Below are positions 60,830-64,000 of a stretch of 64,000 bases of DNA, piece by piece; the stretch's first letter is position 1, and each line of letters starts with the position of its first letter. The DNA comes from Narcine bancroftii (Eukaryota): the NCBI RefSeq assembly GCF_036971445.1, contig NC_091473.1:207638001-207702000 (forward strand), given 5' to 3'. Both the position numbers and the translations under genes were made by a program. Under the pieces are notes generated by a model. The model saw only the letters and a list, made by a program, of their open reading frames with translations, was not told the origin of the DNA and searched no databases.

Positions 60830-61800
60830 TGTATTTGGATACAAGGATTTAGATTGACAGGGACTGATGAGGGATTGTCCACATGGCTTTGTGCATGGAA
60901 GGTCGTGTTTAATCTCGAGTTTTTTGAGGAGGTTAACAGCAAAATTGATGAAGGCCGTGGATGTTGTCTACATGGAATTTAGCAAGGCCTTTGACAAGGA
61001 CCCACATGGGAGGATAGTGAGGAAGGTTTAATTGCTGGGTGTTCATGGTGAGGTAGTAAATTGGGTTAGACATTGGCTTTATGGAAGAAGCCAGAGAATG
61101 GTAGTGAACAGCTGTCTCTCTGACTGGAGGCCTGTGCCTAGTGGTGTGCCTCAAGAATCGGTGCTGGATCCACTTTTCATTGTCATCTCTATCAATGATC
61201 TGGTCTTTGGAACGATAATGTGGTAAATTGGATGAGTAAACTTGCACATGACACAAAGACTGGAGGTGGAGTGGATAGTGAGGAGAGCTTTCAAAGCTTG
61301 CAGAGGGAACTGAACCAGCTGGAAAAATAGGCTGCAAAATGGCAGATGGAATGACATGCAGACCAATGTGAGGTGTTGCACTTTGGAAAGACAAACCAAG
61401 GCAGGACATGCACTGTAAATGGTAGGACACTGAGGAGTACAGAAGAACAGAAGGATCTGGGAATACAGCTAAATAATTCACTGAATGTGGCATCAGAGGT
61501 GGATAGGAATGTAAAGAGAGCTTTTGGCACATTGGCCTTCGTAAATCAAAGCACTGAGTACAGTGGTTGAGAGGTTATGATGAAGTTTCATAAGATATTG
61601 ATGATGCCAAATTTGGAGCATTCTGTGCAGTTTAATTTCTGAGATTTAAGAAAAATTTAGATGGATCCAAGAACAGGAGGAGTAGGGAGGGATATGTTCT
61701 GGATGCAAGTCAGTTGGACCAGGCAGGAAATAGTTCGGCACAGACTAGAAGGGCCAAAGGGCCTGTTTTGGTGCTTTATTGTTCTATGGTTCTATCGTTC
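60830..61800 (+). mobile_element. CR1 LINE RT fragment
   Basis: Encodes SDWRPVPSGVPQESVLDPLF and LHFGKTNQGR...QKDLGIQ; TTCTATG tail. Confidence 0.85.
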
Positions 61801-63129
61801 TAAGAAAATTTGTCCAGTCCAGGTTGCTTTTGAGTAAACCTTCTCTGAACTGCTTCTCTGATTGAATAAGGAAAAAGTATTGTGCACAGTAATTTGCATG
61901 GATATTTACCAGTGTTCTATACCAGCCATTCTTACAAGGGCCCATATAGACTCTTGGAAGTCACAGCACATTTAAGTATGGGGTGGGGTGGGTGGGGGGG
62001 GGGGGGGTGTCACGGTCTGAAATCATAAAATATGAGTTTTTTTTATGCAGTCAGTAGGAGAGATATATGAGGAAACCAACTAAACTTGACTGTTTCACAG
62101 GAAAGGGAGCCCATAGACTTCTGTCAGAGTCCTAAGGGGGCCATAGTTTAAAAAGTTTGAGAATGGCTGCTCTCTACTACTGATTCATAGCTCTCCCACC
62201 TACGTCATCATTTCCTCGGTCTGCAAACAACAACAATCTGTGAGCTTTCATTATTGCTGTGGTTATATACCAGCCTTTTGTAATCTGTGCAAATGGTTAC
62301 CCAGATCTCTCTTCACCTCTGACCCCTGCAATCTCTCACTCTTGGCATTTTCAGTTTCTGAAATGGACCATTGCAGATTTTCTAACATCCTTTGCCAGAT
62401 TTTTACACCCTCACTTAACCCACCTCTATCCTTTTTGTCTTCAGCATCGACTTTCGATCCGATCATCAAGCAACTGTGCCTTCAGAACCTTTGCCCAAGC
62501 ATTGATTATATTTATATTAGCAGGTTGAAGGCCCAGCACTCTTCTTGTGGCACCTCACTCAGTACATTTTTCCAATCAAAAAAGACCCAAGAATGTTGAC
62601 ACCCTGCTTCCCGTTACTACCCAGCCCTTCTCTCCATGTCAAGATGTTACCTCCTGATCCCTGAGCTTTATTTTTCTGTAAAGGCCTTTGAGGGCTATTG
62701 CAGAAAAATGAAGCTCAGGGCTAAGGAGGTAACTGGGCAGCACGGTTGGCGTAGCAGTTAGTGCAATGCCTTTACAGCGCCAACAATCAAGACCAGGGTT
62801 GTCATCCCGCGCTGTCGTTAAGGCGTTTGTACGTTCTCTCGGAGTCTGTGTGGATTTTTCCCAGGGTCTCCAGTTTCCTCCCACCATTAAAAACTTACCA
62901 CTGGTGTCGGTTAATTGGGTGTAAATTGGACCCGTGGACTGAAATAGCCTGTTCCTGTGCTGTATATTTAAATTTAAATGATCCTTGTCTTCTGCAATCT
63001 GAGTAGAGTACATCCACCGGCTACCCATTCTCTGCAACTCATGTCACGTATTCAAAGAATTCCAAGCAGGGGTTGTGTGTTCTTTCTGTGATTATGTAGG
63101 TTTACTGCTGGATTCTCCAGTCTGCTCTC

Positions 63130-63610
63130 GCAGGGATGTAATGATGTTGGAGAGAGTACGGAGAAGATTTACCAGGATGATTCCTGGAATGCAAGGGCTA
63201 ACACATGAGGAGCGCTTAGCAGCTCTTGGACTGTATTCATTGGAGAATAGAAGAATAAGAAGGGATCTCGCAGAAACATTTTGAAAGCTGAAAGGATTGG
63301 ACAGAGTAGAAGTGAATAAATATTTCCCTTGGAGGACAAGAGGACACAGTCTTAGAATTAGAAGGAACCCATTTAAAACAGAGAGGAGGAGAAATTTCCT
63401 TAGCCAGGGGGTTGTGGATTTGTGGGATTCATTGCCACATAAAGTCGTGGAGGCCCGATCATTGGAGGAGTTAAAGGAAGTATCTAATTAGTCAGAGTAT
63501 CAAGGTTAATGGGGAAAAGGCCGGAAATTGGAACTAGACGCGAGAAAGGTTTAGCTCGGTGTGGAGTTGCGGAACAGATGTGATGGGCTGAATGGCCTAC
63601 TTCTGTTTCT
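63130..63610 (+). mobile_element. CR1 LINE 3' end
   Basis: Encodes LERVRRRFTRMIPGMQGLTHEERL..LGLYSLE and RTRGHSLRI. Confidence 0.85.
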
Positions 63611-64000
63611 TGTGAATATTTTACTGATGGCAGATGTTCAGCCAAGTGGCCTGTGATTGCAGACTTCCTGCTCTACCTTCCTGAATGTAGGAAATACATT
63701 TTCTGTATCTCATCGAAGGGAATTGCTCCAAACTTCATGAAATTTGAAATATTAAAAGCAGTTACCAAACATCAGAATTCACAGCTATTTTTCCAAAAAA
63801 CACTGATCCCTTTATTGTTCTGTTCTTAACATGCTCACCTAATCATCCAATCTCAGAAAACACTGACCTGATGATTTAATATTTCTGCTGTCTCACTAAC
63901 GTTACTTGGAGGTATTAACCCCCATCTCACTTGAACTAGATTAGCAGGACGATGGGAACCAGGATGCCAGATCAGATATGGGAGTGAAGGAGGAAAGAGA

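Noticed and set aside
1-64000. Prokaryotic systems (CRISPR, retron, DGR) suggested by RT ORFs and tandem repeats
   Set aside because: The RTs are L1/RTE/CR1/Gypsy retrotransposon enzymes, the repeats lack unique spacers, and the sequence is spliced vertebrate DNA.

Overview
Vertebrate genomic DNA, almost certainly from a cartilaginous fish (shark or ray). It holds one complete, unrearranged immunoglobulin heavy-chain minilocus of the IgW (omega; skate IgX) class on the minus strand, about 57.9 kb down to 18.9 kb. The order is: leader, VH with a 23-RSS, one D (12/12 RSS), JH with a 23-RSS, CH1, a candidate Pro/Cys tail exon, CH2, the Cys-rich short secretory exon, a candidate second tail, CH3-CH5, CH6 with secretory tailpiece, then a duplicated intact CH3/CH4-like pair, a decayed CH5 copy, TM1 and TM2. 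All C exons have AG/GT phase-1 boundaries and open frames. Four observations stand out. (1) A putative terminal exon right after CH1 would encode a V-CH1-hinge/Cys 'Fc-less' secreted IgW. (2) Two intact C domains lie downstream of the secretory tailpiece and look membrane-dedicated. (3) An ~0.8 kb switch-region-like WGCW/G-rich tandem repeat sits in the J-CH1 intron. (4) There is only a single D. The rest of the window is transposon-rich: a 5'-inverted L1, a near-intact RTE, decayed and nested Gypsy/LTR elements, CR1 fragments, V-SINEs, a Tc1/mariner-like MITE, and two local segmental duplications. There is no expression evidence, so all isoforms are predictions from splice and poly(A) signals.
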